From: Octopus sinensis
Lineage: Eukaryota
Direction of reading: 5' to 3'
Assembly: GCF_006345805.1 (NCBI RefSeq)
Contig: NW_021833609.1
Coordinates: forward strand, 1-57,453
DNA: 57,453 nt
In this document: one piece after another, positions 1-13,317 of the stretch
Layout of the letters: each line of letters begins with the position of its first letter
Numbering within the stretch: the first letter of the stretch is position 1
The notes under the pieces: generated by a model
Databases searched by the model: none
What the model was told of the DNA's origin: nothing
What the model saw: only the letters and a program-made list of their open reading frames with translations
Translations under genes and position numbers: made by a program

Positions 1-52
1 AAAGACATTCTTTTCACAAGGCTTAAAATGTTTTTTTTAATGAAATACTAGA

Positions 53-560
53 AATGAACGCCTTACTTCCCTGGGCATGGACACATTGAAACTCCGACAT
101 CTGGCAGCTGACTTGGCAGACACCCATAAAATTATCAACCATCGTACAAACAATAACTCTGAGCACCTTTTCAAACTCCACCCATCTAACACCCATGGAC
201 ATATTTACAAAGTCAGAAAACAGCACAGCTCCCATGACTTCAGGAAACATTTTTTCATGCTAAGAGTTGCTGAAGTATGGAACAAACTCCCACCATCAGT
301 TCTTAGTTGTCGGAGCACTGCATCCTTCAAAACTTCCATGCTTTCTGAGATTCGCCAACACTACACCTGATTTTCTCCCCTCCATACACACACAAGCATG
401 TATCTGACTCATACATTGTTCGCTTTCCAGACATTTGTACATTACTGCATGTACTTTATACGCACTTTCTGACAAGTTGTGGTGCACCTGAGCACTGTAT
501 ACAATAATTTCATTATTATTATTATTATTATTATTATTGTTATTATTATTATTATTATTA
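53..560 (+). mobile_element. CR1-clade LINE 3' fragment with (ATT)n tail
   Basis: ORF 77..370 reads LRHLAADL..HKII...LFKLHPSNTHGHIYKVRKQ...RKHFFMLRVAEVWNKLP...SFK, the typical CR1 ORF2 C-terminus. It is followed by (ATT)n at ~512-560. Related copies lie at 46232 and 49052. Confidence 0.8.
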
Positions 561-912
561 TAAAGCACAACATCGCTTGTATGATTCTGATGTTTGTTGA
601 CAACTATCACATGACATCAAGACAAGGCCACATAAGTACTCACCCCAAACACATGCACACAATTTTTTTTTTTGGCAGTTTCCATTCAACATTCACAAAG
701 CTTTTGTCAGTCTAGGGCTGTGTTAGAAGACATTTGCCCTGGGCTCCATGCAGTGAGATTAAATTAGAAGCCATATGATTGACAAGTGAAATTCTTACCC
801 ACACAGCCATGCCAATGCCTATGTCATATATATAATTTTCTTTGCAAGGAAATTGCTCATTTTATTTTTATAAAGGAGAACCCTACCACCATACATACAT
901 ACATACATATAC

Positions 913-969
<57 letters not shown>

Positions 970-1696
970 TGCACACATATAGTTTGTGTGTGTGGTGGTT
1001 ATGGGGGTACCCTTAAATAAGTGGAGGGTGCCATTATGAGATATAGTGTGAAGTGGAGATTTTAAACCTTGTAGACCACATCCCTTTCCATGGTCTGAAT
1101 ATAATCGATTTCTTTTTGAAAGAATGTTTGTTAGAGAGAAAAAGAGAGAAGCGTAATATGATAATATAATGAACTTCTTGTATATATACAGTGCTTAGGT
1201 GCACTACTACTCATCAGAGAATGTACCACTCGTAAGAGAAAGCATGAACAGTGCATAGAATACGCACAGGAAGTGAACAGTGAAAAATTCTTTAAAAAAA
1301 CAATGAAATGGAATGGGGTGTACTGTTAGCGAATTGCAAGGTGTATGGAAATTTGGAAGGATGTAATTTCTAGACAGCTAATATCTGATGCAGGTAGTTT
1401 ATTCCATGATCCATCAGGGCTATGCACGCACACTCATTCATAAATATATAAAATATTATTACCAAATATCGTTCTTTTTAGACACTTGGAACGTTTATTC
1501 TTATTTTGAATGTGAAACCAAACCTTTGTTTTTGTGCCTCATGCTCATATCTACGCAGTAGACGTTATTCTTTTTTTTTACATACACTCATACTTCGGTT
1601 TTTCATTACTAACAACCTCCGTAAGAAATTTTACTTCGATTTATCATGCCTAAAAATCTTATAAAAGCTAACTTATAAATCGATATATATTTCCAG

Positions 1697-1989
1697 ATCT
1701 GTGTCGTTACCAAAGTGATCACACATGGAATAGGAGAAATCAACTTCCACACACACTCAAACGATCGAGGGGAGATAACAATTATTGCTATCAACCAAAT
1801 GTTAACAATTCTAGTCACCTCGACCACATACCTTTGAATATAACTGGGACCACATCCAATATAAGTGAACAACCATCTTCAGTACCAATGACAAGTGCCT
1901 TCACTTCTATCTGTAAACCACCTCTACCAGCTGTACCTAAAGTAACAACAATACCTGAGGTACCTCCTCTATCGACATCGCATATCTAA
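1697..1989 (+). CDS. Terminal coding exon of upstream protocadherin (gene 0); rest of gene is outside the window
   Basis: Acceptor ttccag|AT at 1696/1697. Reads (D)LCRYQSDHTWNRRNQLPHTLKRSRGDNN...PPLPAVPKVTTIPEVPPLSTSHI* with TAA at 1987-1989. Homologous to the terminal exons of genes A-E. Confidence 0.85.
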
Positions 1990-2598
1990 TGCTAAAATAT
2001 TTAGTAACTAATGGTAGGAAGTTGCCAAACCAGAACAATACCGGTCTAAAAACCTTGCACCATTTTATGTTTGTCTGCTTACTAAGTTCAAATTATAACT
2101 TAGCTAGTCATTTGCCAGGGTCTTCTTTCGATAATCACATAATTTAACTTACTCTTACTAGTAACACTACCAATAATAACTTTACCTTATATAAAAGTAG
2201 AGTTTGTATATTACAGCAAATATTTTAATGAAAACCTTAAAAGTAATTATAAAGTACTTTAATATTAATATTTGATCAAGAAATATTTTAGAATATATTT
2301 TACAAAAGTTATATAACATTGTCATAACATTTCTTGAACTTATAAATTTACGATAAATTTTCACCAAATAGGACTTTTTATTTTGCTTTCTTTAGTCTTT
2401 AACTGAAGTAAATTCATTCACATCAAAGAATAACAATAGAAAATATGACAGAATTACCAAACTATTTGGAATTACTAGTGCAATTAAGAGTGAAATATTC
2501 TTCCAAATTACCAATACCTACTAAAGTTTGCTTGGAGGAACTTAGAACCATAAGTGTTATTGAAGCTGTCAGAATATATTTACTGAAGGTAACTGAAT

Positions 2599-2648
<50 letters not shown>

Positions 2649-3519
2649 CAGCCATGCAAGAAATATATAACACACCTATTCTTTATACTCTCTGGGCATT
2701 TTCATGTTAGAATCATTGCCGATAAGATAAAATATGGAAATTATAACCAATCTGAAATAGAAACATTTCTATTTAAGTTAAAAAATGGCAATGATAATTT
2801 CTTTCTTTGAAATATTTTTGATACGTTGTAAAAATAAACAGAAGACTTAACACTGTGTCCAAATTTTCAAGAATAATTTACTATGTTAAAACAATATGCA
2901 ACATTGATTTGTTGATAAGTGAAATGGGAGTTTCCAAGACCAACAAAATATAAAAAAAGAAATAAGTGGACAGAAATGAAAAATATAGAAAATTGAATAC
3001 ATGACAAATGAATATATTAGAAATGAATTCAGATCTTCTTTTAATGAAGAAGCTTCGATTTTAATGGATATTTATTTTAGGTTTCAAATGTGAAATTTAC
3101 AAAGATTTATTTCCTTTTCAAAAGTATTAGTTCTCATCTAGGAATACAAATAAGAATTACTCCTGTTCTAATCATCATTCAACATAATTATTTGGAGCCA
3201 TAATTACATATTTTCAAATGAGATCAATGCTTATCTTATGAAATCAATACATCAAAATATCATTTAATTTCAATTTCTAAGGATGTCTCAAGCAGATAAT
3301 TTTGTAAAACCAAAGTGGAAGTTCAGATAAAAAGTTTTGTAACTTTGACTGAAGTTAGAAAATAATTTTTTTCTCTTAAAATTAAAATCAAACATAGTTT
3401 TAAAATATGATATTTTATATTTCATAGCTTTAAAACTTATTTTCAACCATTTAGTTGTGTACTTTCTCACCACACACATGTATATGTATGCATCTAAATA
3501 TGAGTATGTCTAAGTGAAA

Positions 3520-3758
3520 TATTTTGTGAGTCAGCCTATTATTTACTGCAAGAACTGGAGGCTGTATTTCCGTTTCCTTGCACTGGAATAATAGACAGCT
3601 TGTCATTGGCTACAACACACATTACATACTACACAACGAACTTGAGAGAACTATATAAAACTATTACATACCAAACTACTCAGAACTATTGCTACAACTT
3701 TGTTACCAGAACACTGTAATAACACAGTAACAACTGTATAAACAACTTACAACTGTTG
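3520..3758 (+). promoter_or_regulatory. Conserved promoter-like block + non-coding leader exon of Pcdh gene A
   Basis: TGAGTCA 3527-3533, TTCCGTTTCC 3568-3577, GACAGCTTGTCATTGG 3594-3609, then an A/C-rich ATG-free leader and donor CTGTTG|GTAAGT at 3758/3759. Same block precedes every full gene. TSS not known. Confidence 0.7.
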
Positions 3759-4809
3759 GTAAGTACTTATTAAAAGTTATTTTGCTAAGTAAATTGGTTC
3801 TTTAAATATTTGTTTATCTCTCCTTGTTACCAACCATCTTTGTAAAACTACATCAGTATATATCAGATTAGTACTTCCTGAATAATAATTTTGTTGATTT
3901 TTTTTTGTGATCTTTTGTTAATTGTTCGAAATACATTTTCAAGAAGTATTTAAAATTAATTTTTTGAAAGAACACATTCAATTTACCATTATTTCAAAAA
4001 AAATAAATATATGTAGCTATTTACATCCATCAAAATATTTACTGTATTTGTTTTATACAATATTTCTCAATCAAGTCATATTTAGTTAGAATATAAGTTA
4101 ATAATGATAGGGTATAAGCGTAATTATTACAAGATGTAGATTACGTTAATTTATTTTTCTTTTCTTTTCTTTTTTTCTTTTTTTTCGATTCATTTTAAAA
4201 TATAGCATAGTCTATTTCCAGTAGGTTGTTTTTAATTTAAAATGATAGCTTAGGCAGATTCATCATCAAGGGAGATTACTTCTAATGAACCAACGATCGA
4301 GCCGTTATGTGGTTATTGGGACTGTTAGAAATAACAGCTAATTTTCCTAACATTGCGAGACAATTTATTCTTAGTGACCCAACGATAGACCCATAACGTG
4401 ATTATCGAAAATAACACCCATACCTCACTCGAATCCCACTCTCTTCGTCATTCGAATGGGCAGGAGACATTTAGTTGAGTTGTATAGGGATCAACAATTG
4501 TTGATCATGGTTGACTTGGAGTCAATTAACATAAGATTCAACACTAATTGTGCGTGTACTAATATTCTAAGTAATCTCAAAATCTAATGAGTTCTGTTAG
4601 ATTCAGGTGAGAAAAGTGTTTTCAGAGGCTTTATATTTAGTTTTTATTCGTATCATTAATCTTTGTGTATATTGATTACTTTGTTTAACATTTGTGTATT
4701 CATTGTCAGATACGAGTTAAATTCAATTTACATGTGTTATTATACATGGTCGATCTATCTATCTATCTGCTTCTCTATGTTTGTGTTTATGTGTGCTCTT
4801 TATTATACA

Positions 4810-5312
4810 CTAGCAGTATCGCCTGGCGTTGCTCAGGTTTGTAAGGGAAATAACTATATAAGCATTTTTAGAGAGTTACTTCCCTTATAGATGCCAATTC
4901 GGGCTTTCTTAGCCATTTCTGTTTTGGTGTCTTCAAGCCATGAAGTCGTTGTTCTAAAAGAACGCTGGTCTCCTTGACAACGCTTTACGACGTTGATTTC
5001 CTTACACTCCCTTCTCCACAGCTTCACGAGGGAGGGAAGAAGGGGGAGAAGCAACACAGGTGTGAGCGTGGACGCCAACTCCGCCGCCATCGACACACGA
5101 AAAAATATGCATTAAAATGGAATAAAAAATGTTAAATTATTTTTAAAATCGTAGACTCATCGTAGACGCGCGCTAATACCCAGACGGGCTCGATATGAAT
5201 CACGACTATAAGATACCCGAATTTGATTAAACTGCACCGCAAAATGTTGGAATAGATAGGAATCTAAATAGAAGGGGACAGACACTCACACAACTAGTTT
5301 TATATATATAGA
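4810..5312 (-). mobile_element. Non-autonomous Helitron-like element
   Basis: On the minus strand it starts TC (A|TCTATATA) and ends with a GC hairpin (CTGAGCAACGCCAGG) followed by CTAG|T, inserted in an AT dinucleotide. Related to copies at 42476 and 48649. Confidence 0.65.
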
Positions 5313-5563
5313 TGTAAAACTATAAAAGAGTTCAATATTTCGTTGTATTAAGCACAGAGAATCTATTGCATGTTGTAATTAAGAATACTACATATGTATG
5401 TCTGCATGTATGTATGTATATATGTATGTTCCCTAGTGTATTCAGCCCATGATTAACAAAGCATGGTACAGCTATATGCTACTCAATTATACACACTAAT
5501 AAAGGATGACCCTATGTATGTATAGACACTACAGCTTCTCTTAAAGTGACACATTATTCACAT

Positions 5564-5972
5564 AGGTGCAGGAGTGGCTGTGTGGTAAGTAGCTTGCTTA
5601 TCAACCACATGGTTCCGGGTTCAGTCCCACTGCGTGGCACCTTGGGCAAGTGTCTTCTACTATAGCCTCAGGCCAACCAAAGTCTTGTGAGTGGATTTGG
5701 TAGATGGAAACTGAAAGAAGCCCGTCGTATATATGTATATATATATATGTGCGTGTGTGTTTGTGTGTCTGTGTTTGTCCCCCTAGCATTGCTTGACAAC
5801 CGATGCTGGTGTGTTTACGTCCCCGCCACTTAGCGGTTCGGAAAAAGAGACCGATAGAATAAGTACTGGGCTTACAAAAGAATAAGTCCCGGGGTCGAGT
5901 TGCTCGATTAAAGGCGGTGCTCCAGCATGGCCGCAGTCAAATGACTGAAACAAGTGAAAGAGTAAAAGAGAG
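5564..5972 (+). mobile_element. tRNA-derived SINE family A (full length)
   Basis: A-box TGGCTGTGTGG, B-box-like GGTTCAGTCCC, central (TA)/(TG) microsatellite, (GAGTAAAA)n tail. About 9 related copies in the window. Confidence 0.8.
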
Positions 5973-6810
5973 TTTCCATAGTACTCCTTTGCCAGCAACA
6001 ATTTCTATAAACACCAACTAATCAACTCTCCCTTATGAACAAACACATAAATGCCACTACAGTCTCGTATTATCCAGTCGTTCCACCCTCTCTCATTGTA
6101 CTCCACCTATACTGTTTCTCATTCCTTCTAGCACAACCTTTCCCATCTCCATTTCCTCCTCCATAGTGTCACCATACTCTCTCTCTCTCTCACCTTAGTT
6201 TATCATCTGTGGTTACCCTTTCTTTCTGTTGAAATTGTACCTCCAACAAAATATATGGGATGCTGAGAAATTTGATACAAATTTAAAGCTTTCAGATTCC
6301 AAGGGGTGTTATAATTATGTAAGTTAATTGCTCTCTGAATCTTGGAGAAAATTTATTAGAATTCTTCTGAATGTAATTCTGAGATACCTTAATTTAAATA
6401 CCAAATAAAAGATACATGTGAAGAATAAGTCAAATCAGATACAGCTTGCATTATATAATGCTTATCTCAAATATATTTCTAAGTATGGGACACATACACA
6501 CACATCTATCTATCTATCTATCTACATATATATAAACACATGCATATATATGGAAATGCATTATATATATATATATATACATATACACATACACACACAT
6601 AATATATTATACATATATATATATATATATTGTGTGTGTGTGTGTTCAGTTGTATGCAAAACTAAAAATTTGGATTAAATAGCTGAAACTAAATAGAATT
6701 TAGAGAAGAATGTAAAGGCACTAAATGTTAAAGAAATTTTTTCTTTACATTTATTAGATTCACATTTGTATATACAAACTTTAATCAAAAATTTTTTTTT
6801 CAGATCGAAG

Positions 6811-9189
6811 ATGATTTCAGTGATATTGTTGATTGTGGTGCTGATGGCTAACAGCTGCCGGTGTGTGGATCATATCTACCATATAAAAGAGAATAATGAT
6901 GTACACAGCTTCATTGGAGATATTGTCAGTGATACACATTTACTGGATAATATACAGACTCGAGATGATAGCAACAAACTGACATTTAATGTACTCCAGG
7001 GTGGTACTGATGGAGGTGTTCAGTTATTTAATGTTACACCTGGAGGACAACTGTACACAGCTGCCATATTGGATGCAGAATCTCTTTGTCAATATAATGT
7101 GGAATGTTTCAGGATATTGGAAATAGCAGTTCAAGAAGGCCATTCTTTTATGAAAATATTAGAAATCAAAGTTGTAATAGAAGATGTCAATGATAATTAT
7201 CCTATTTTCCCAAACAAAGAATTTCATTTAACATTTGATGAAAGTGATTCAAAAGGCTCAAAAGGAAGAATTCCAAAAGCCATCGACAATGATGTCAGTA
7301 CTCAAAATTCTAAACTTGTATATCAGCTTAAAAAAGGTGAAGATATTCCTTTCAAACTGTTCGTTTCTAAAGAATTAGATGGAACAGATTTACTGCAACT
7401 AACTTTGGAAGGCAACTTAGATCGTGAGAAAAAAGACATTTACAATTTTCAGTTGATTGCAAGAAATGGGGGATCTCCGCAAAAGGAAGGTGTACTGGAT
7501 ATAATGATATCAGTACAAGATGAAAATGATAATTCCCCAGTGTTCTCCCAGAATATCTATAACATCACTATCAATGATACACACCAGATAAACAAACCTG
7601 TTCTAAGACTTTCTGCCACAGATTTAGATATGGGGGGAAATGGAAAAATTTCTTATACTCTCAGTCCTAAAACACCGAATAAGATAAAAGAATGCTTTCA
7701 ATTGAACAGAGTAACTGGAGACTTATTTGTAACAACAGAATTTCAGTTTGGAAAATCCTATAAAATACTTGTCAAAGCCACAGATAATGGTAAACTGCCT
7801 TTGTCCTCAATTGCCACTGTTTTCATAAATGGTATCAGTCACATTAACAATTCACCAAACATTGACTTCAGATTTGTCATTAAGTCAACGGGAAACACAG
7901 CTGCAATCTCAGAAGCATCTAAAATTGGCAGTTTTGTTGCCTATGTCAAAGTTACTGACAGTGACAATGGAGCAAATGGCCAAGTGAAATGCCATTTACA
8001 AAACAGATATCTTCAGCTAATTTCAATTTCTGAAAAGAAATACAAAGTTGTTGTCAAGAGTGAAATAGATAGAGAGAGTGAGAAGAGCTTTAATTTCACC
8101 ATTAAATGTCTAGATAATGGTTTACCTCCGTTGAAAGTAGAGAAACGGTTTTCTGTGCTGGTTACTGACATAAATGATGTACAACCTCAGTTTAGTCAGG
8201 ACATATTTAAGTTTCTCACCTATGAAAATGAACACAAAGACTTCCCTGTTGGATATGTCAATGCCACAGACCCAGATATTGGAGATGGAGGACAATTAAC
8301 CTATTCTCTATTATCTAATGGAAAAGATATTCTACCATTTCAGATATCTGATGTGGGATTCATTTCCACAACTGAGTCCCTAGACAGAGAAGAAAAGAAC
8401 CTGTATGAGTTTAAGGTTTTAGTAAAAGATAAAGGAACACCATCACTGGAGAAGAGAGCAAATGTTGTTGTTGAGGTTATGGATTTAAATGATAATGCTC
8501 CCTATTTCAGTTTCCCTAATGTTGACCCTTTCAGTCTTAATGTCCACTACCATCCCCACTCTGACCATGATATCACAGTTGTTAGGGCCTCTGACAGAGA
8601 CAGCCAACACAATGCCTTCCTCACATATGAAATACTCAGAGGTAATGAGAAACACTTATTTCAAATGAACCATCACTCTGGTGTCTTATCTTTCTCTCGC
8701 TCACTTTACCAAAATGATGCTGGATTCTATGAACTGGAATTAGGTGTGAAAGACAGTGGCAGTCCAGTTCTGTCATCGACAACAACTTTGTCTTTGACTC
8801 TCACAGTTAGTAACAGCACATCAAAGATATTTAAGACCCCTTCAAAGACAACAACAGAATCAAGTAATGGTCTCCAATTGAATGTGATGATTGTTATTGT
8901 TATAGCAGCTGTGATCGTATCAGTTGTCATAGTGATCTCTATATCGATCTGTATAGTTCATAGACTGAAGCAGACAGACAACAACTATAACAACAGTGTT
9001 GATATGTACCACAAGGTTACACCTGCATTAAACGTGCAATCAAAATATATATTTGATCCTACCTGTGTTCCTCCTGGAGTTCAGTACACAGTGGAGAGAA
9101 ATCTGAAGAAACCCCAACAACCAATGGTAGATAGAGAAGATATTCAGTACAGAACCATGCCAATGATCAGATTAAGAGAAAATCAACAG
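6811..9189 (+). CDS. Protocadherin gene A, large exon (signal peptide, EC1-EC6, TM, juxtamembrane tail); CDS join(6811..9189,9505..9655,11338..11657), 949 aa
   Basis: Acceptor ttttcag| at 6803, ATG 6811 (MISVILLIVVLMANSCRC). Cadherin motifs DVNDN, LDRE, DENDN, DINDV, DLNDN; EC1 LCQYNVEC loop; TM VMIVIVIAAVIVSVVIVISISICIV. Phase-0 donor CAG|GTAAGA at 9189. Confidence 0.95.
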
Positions 9190-9504
9190 GTAAGATAATT
9201 TTCCATTAATTTCAAAGTATTTCGCCTTTCAAAATTCCAGTATTAACATGAAATTTGAAGTAATTTACGAAGAACTTTCGAAGCAGTGCTACAAAAGGCA
9301 AAAGATGAAGATAATCATATTTTATCAATTCTAATTTCTGCAATGAAGATTCCAAATTATTGTTTAATATTTTATACTAACACACATGATAATTATTATG
9401 ATCTATATAAATGGTGATACTTGATGTTACACCTTATAATATGCAAACAAAACAAGAATTATGAAATGTCATGAAATAGAGTGGATCTATTTTACTGTTT
9501 CTAG

Positions 9505-9655
9505 ATGTTTGTTCCAAGAGAAGAAAGTATGTCTCCAGGTTACAGAGAACTAAATAGTGCTGACCAATTCACTGAGATGTCAACATTGTCATCTCTCACT
9601 GATAGTGGTCATGGGTGGAGTGTTGGCAGTGCTGGACACTATGAGGAACTGCCAG
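9505..9655 (+). CDS. Protocadherin gene A, 151-bp cytoplasmic exon
   Basis: ctag|ATG...CCAG|gtaag, phase 0 to phase 1. MFVPREESMSPGYRELNSADQFTEMSTLSSLTDSGHGWSVGSAGHYEELP. Same length in all five paralogs. Confidence 0.9.
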
Positions 9656-10105
9656 GTAAGTTAGAAATACTGAATATTTCTACACTATAGTCTAATAATT
9701 TGCGTATGCATTTTGATACAGTCAGTTACCATCACCATTAGTTCTGCTGTTCATGTTTCCATGCTTAGATTGGCTGAACAGCATTCAACAAGGCTAATAA
9801 TTTTTCATGACCAGATGTACTACCTATCACTAATCTTCACTTGTATTCAAGCAAGACAGTCTTCCCCCAAGGTTTGAAGGTCATTGACTACTATACCATG
9901 CTGTCAAACCAGGGAGACATAAACACATAACCCTTACGCATACACAAACATTTATATAGAACAGCCTTTGTTTTCAGTTTCCATTTACCACTCAAAAGGC
10001 TTTAGCTGGGATGAGACTACAGTGGAAATCCCTTGCCCAGGGTGCTATGCAGTGGGACTGAACCTAAAACCAATTCCTTTACCATGCAGACAGTCAGTGC
10101 ATGTA

Positions 10106-10146
<41 letters not shown>

Positions 10147-11337
10147 TATTTAAGTAGTTGAATGAATTATCCTAGTATGGATAATTCGGTTAACCGATAC
10201 CTGGGTAGTGATGTCGAGAATAAAGGAATTTTGTTAAATCAGCGTTCAACTCCATTCTTTCATTTATTTATATATATATATATATATATAGTGTGTGGTA
10301 TTGTGCAGGTGTAATTTTTGTATGCAAGGAAATTATTCTGTTTTCATAAAGGTAAAGTGGTGGTTATGAGCCCCTTAAATTCTGAAGCTGTTGTAGGTGT
10401 ACCAATTTGATATACAGTGTGTCTTGGATGTTTGAAATCTAGGGGGAGCTCATTCCTCTTTTAGTCTGAATATACTTGGCTTCTTTCTGTGAAAAGATAT
10501 TTGTGGGCATCAAAAAGAGAGGACGATGGAAAAGAAAAAAAAATAACTCAGTACAGCGCAAACACTCACAGAAACACAAGATTATTGTCAAACCCATAAA
10601 TATCATTCCTTTAAGACGCTTGGAACCTTTTTTTCTTTTATTTCAAGTATGAAACCAAATGTTTGTCTGTGTACCTACTTCATATCTTCTTAGCAGTGTG
10701 GAAGTATTACTAGTACTATATTTTTGGTGCTATTCTGGCGTGTGATCCACAAATGAGATTATTTTGTTACATTTTGAATTATTTTGTACATACTTAAAAT
10801 TTTAAATGTACTTTTTCAAAAATTCTTAGTATTTTGATAAAAAGAGAACCATATAATAATTAAAATAAGCATGTAGATCACCCACCAAAGTAAGTTTGTC
10901 CACGTTGATCACTCAGAAAGTAGCACTAACACAAAGTATACTAAAAAGTAACCTAAAGTAGTCTCCCTTTCAATTGTACATCACATGACAAAGTTGCACG
11001 TTTCTTTTTCTTAAGAAATGTGAATTTAGTGGCTGGTTTCTTATAAAAATGCAACAGCCTTTCTCTTGTCGCTGATCACATTGTAAAAATCTGTAGCCAA
11101 CATTTTATGGGGTTTTAGAAATTGAAAAGTAAACTAAAAAGTAACCGAGAGTAATTTCCTCCGTAGATCACATGCCAAAGTAGCACCATACTTTTGTAGT
11201 TGTTGTTATTAAAATGTACACATACTTTGACTTTCTTTTATTTTGAAAAACGTATGTAAGAAACCTTGCTTCTATTCACCATGCAAAAAAAGGAAAAAAA
11301 ATTATACAAGGTAACCTATAAATCGATATATTTCCAG

Positions 11338-11657
11338 ATTTGTGTCCTTATCAAAGTGATCACACATGGAACAGGAGAAACCAACTTCCACACACAATCA
11401 ACAGATCAAGGGGAAATAACAATGATCGACATCCTTATCCAAACGTTGACAATAATACTTTTTGCAATCGTGACCAAATACCCTTGACTGTAACTGGTAA
11501 CACAATTGACATAACTGAACAATCATTTTCAGAACCAATGACAAGTGCCTTTATTCCATACTCTAAGCCACCCCTAACAACCGTACCAAAAGTAGCAACA
11601 CTACCGAAGGTATCTTCATTAGCTCAGGTACCGCCATTACCTACACCACAAAACTAA
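11338..11657 (+). CDS. Protocadherin gene A, terminal exon
   Basis: ttccag|AT TTG TGT CCT, in frame after the phase-1 donor. DLCPYQSDHTWNRRNQLPH...VPPLPTPQN*. Confidence 0.9.
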
Positions 11658-13069
11658 TGCTAAAGTACTTAGAAACAGATGGCTCACAGATGTAGAACTA
11701 GTATACCGAGTGACTAAATACTTGGTCGTATTCTATGCTTGTTCGTGTACTAAGTTCAAATTATATCCCACCGGAGACGACCTTGCCAATCATTTGCCAG
11801 GGTCTTCTATACTTGTTTGCATGATTTAAGCTTATCTTATTATTAACTATATCAAAAATAATTTTTATTTATATAACAGTTTGTATATTACAATGAATAT
11901 TTTGAATGAAAGTATATAAAAAAAAATAATCATAATGTATTTCAATAATGCTTGCTCAAGAAATACTTCAGAGTATGTCTGACCAGAATTATATAATACC
12001 AATGTTATAAACCTTAAATATATGATCCATATATTTTCAAATTTGATCTTTAATTGACTCCAAGAAATAAGAAAAAGGAAATATAATGGAATTATCAAAA
12101 TATCTGGAGTGACTGGTACATTTAAGAGTGAAATATCCTCCCAAACGACCAGTTGATATCTACCAAGGTGTGCTTGGGGGGAACTTATAACCATTCGTGT
12201 TTTGGAAGCTATCAGAGTATATATACTTACACTATCTGGATATACATCGTGAAGCCATACAAAAATACATAACACATCTATCCATTATACTTTCTGGGAA
12301 TTTTATAAAACGCATTGCTGATAGGCCAAGTATTGAAATTACCCTATCATAAATAGATTAACTTTCATTTAAGTACAGAAAAAGCAATGCATTTCCCCTT
12401 GTTATCAAAATATACAAAATACATATGTGTTTCTTAATATTCAGCCATAGTTTACCATTTCTAAACAATATAAAGAATATGCATTATTGATTAGTTGTTA
12501 AGGAAACTAGGAGTTTCCAAAGAAGAAAAGAAAAGAACAAAATTTTTTTTTACATAATTAGCTATATGATATAAGAATGTAACAGAAATGAATTGAGATC
12601 AATTTTAATTGATATTTATGTTAAGTCTCAAATGTGAAAACTCCATAGACACATTTTCCATTTCATACTTTTTATTTTCTACAGGGAACATTAGAAATAA
12701 GTGGCCATTTTCTAATCATTATTGAATACAATTATTTGGAGCCATAATTTCGTATTTTCAAATGAGCTCAACAATTTTATAATGAAATTAACTTCTAAAA
12801 ATATTATTCAATAACATTTATTAAGTTTATCTCAAGCAGATAATTTTGAAAAGTCAAAGAGAAATCTGAGATGAAAAGTTTTATAACTTTGACTGAAGTT
12901 AGAAAATAACTTTTATGCATTAAAATTAAAATGTAATTTATTTTTAATAGACTTTAATTTTATATTTCATTGCTTTAAACTTTATTAATATTTCCATCCA
13001 TTTAGTTGGGTTTCTTCTCACCACACACATGTATATGTATGTATCTATACATGAGTGTGTCTAAGTGAA

Positions 13070-13317
13070 ATATTTTGTGAGTCTGCCCATCATTTACTGC
13101 AAAAGTTGGAGGCTGTATTTCCGTTTCCCTGCATTGGAATAAAAGACAGCTTGTCATTGGCTACAACACACATTACACACTACACAACCAACTTGATAGA
13201 ACTATATAAAACTATTACATACCAAACTACTCAGAACTTCTGCCACTATTAAAACTTTGTGTTGCCAGAACATTGAAAAAGTTCATTAAGAACAATATAA
13301 ACAACTGACAACTGTTG
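13070..13317 (+). promoter_or_regulatory. Conserved promoter-like block + leader exon of Pcdh gene B
   Basis: TGAGTCT 13078, TTCCGTTTCC, two ATTGG, GACAGCTTGTCATTGG 13145-13160, donor CTGTTG|GTAAGT at 13317/13318. Confidence 0.7.

Noticed and set aside
3545-3610. CTCF site / vertebrate CGCT box in the promoter cassette
   Set aside because: No CGCT. GAACTGGAGGCTG matches the CTCF core only weakly, so the mechanism cannot be assumed to be the same.
3652-3660. TATATAAAA as a conserved TATA box
   Set aside because: Present only in A and B; not conserved in C, D or F.
5564-5640. tRNA genes
   Set aside because: These are A/B-box SINE heads with no cloverleaf. The same applies at 36115, 39120, 41389 and 49578.
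6766-6810. ORF-track starts at 6766, 27250 and 43129
   Set aside because: They are alternative-codon or intronic starts upstream of polypyrimidine-AG acceptors. The signal-peptide ATGs are 6811, 27301 and 43147/43153.
8727-8930. Recurrent minus-strand 67-aa ORFs (8727, 16901, 29214, 45066; also 15111, 27427, 43279, 57127)
   Set aside because: Antisense shadows of conserved Pcdh coding sequence; they recur only because the sense strand is homogenised.
9538-9651. ITAM formed by YREL and YEEL
   Set aside because: The tyrosines are 33 residues apart, far from ITAM spacing.
13136-13144. AATAAA in the cassette as the upstream gene's poly(A) signal
   Set aside because: Present in B, C and F but AATAAT in A and D, while the flanking bases are invariant.
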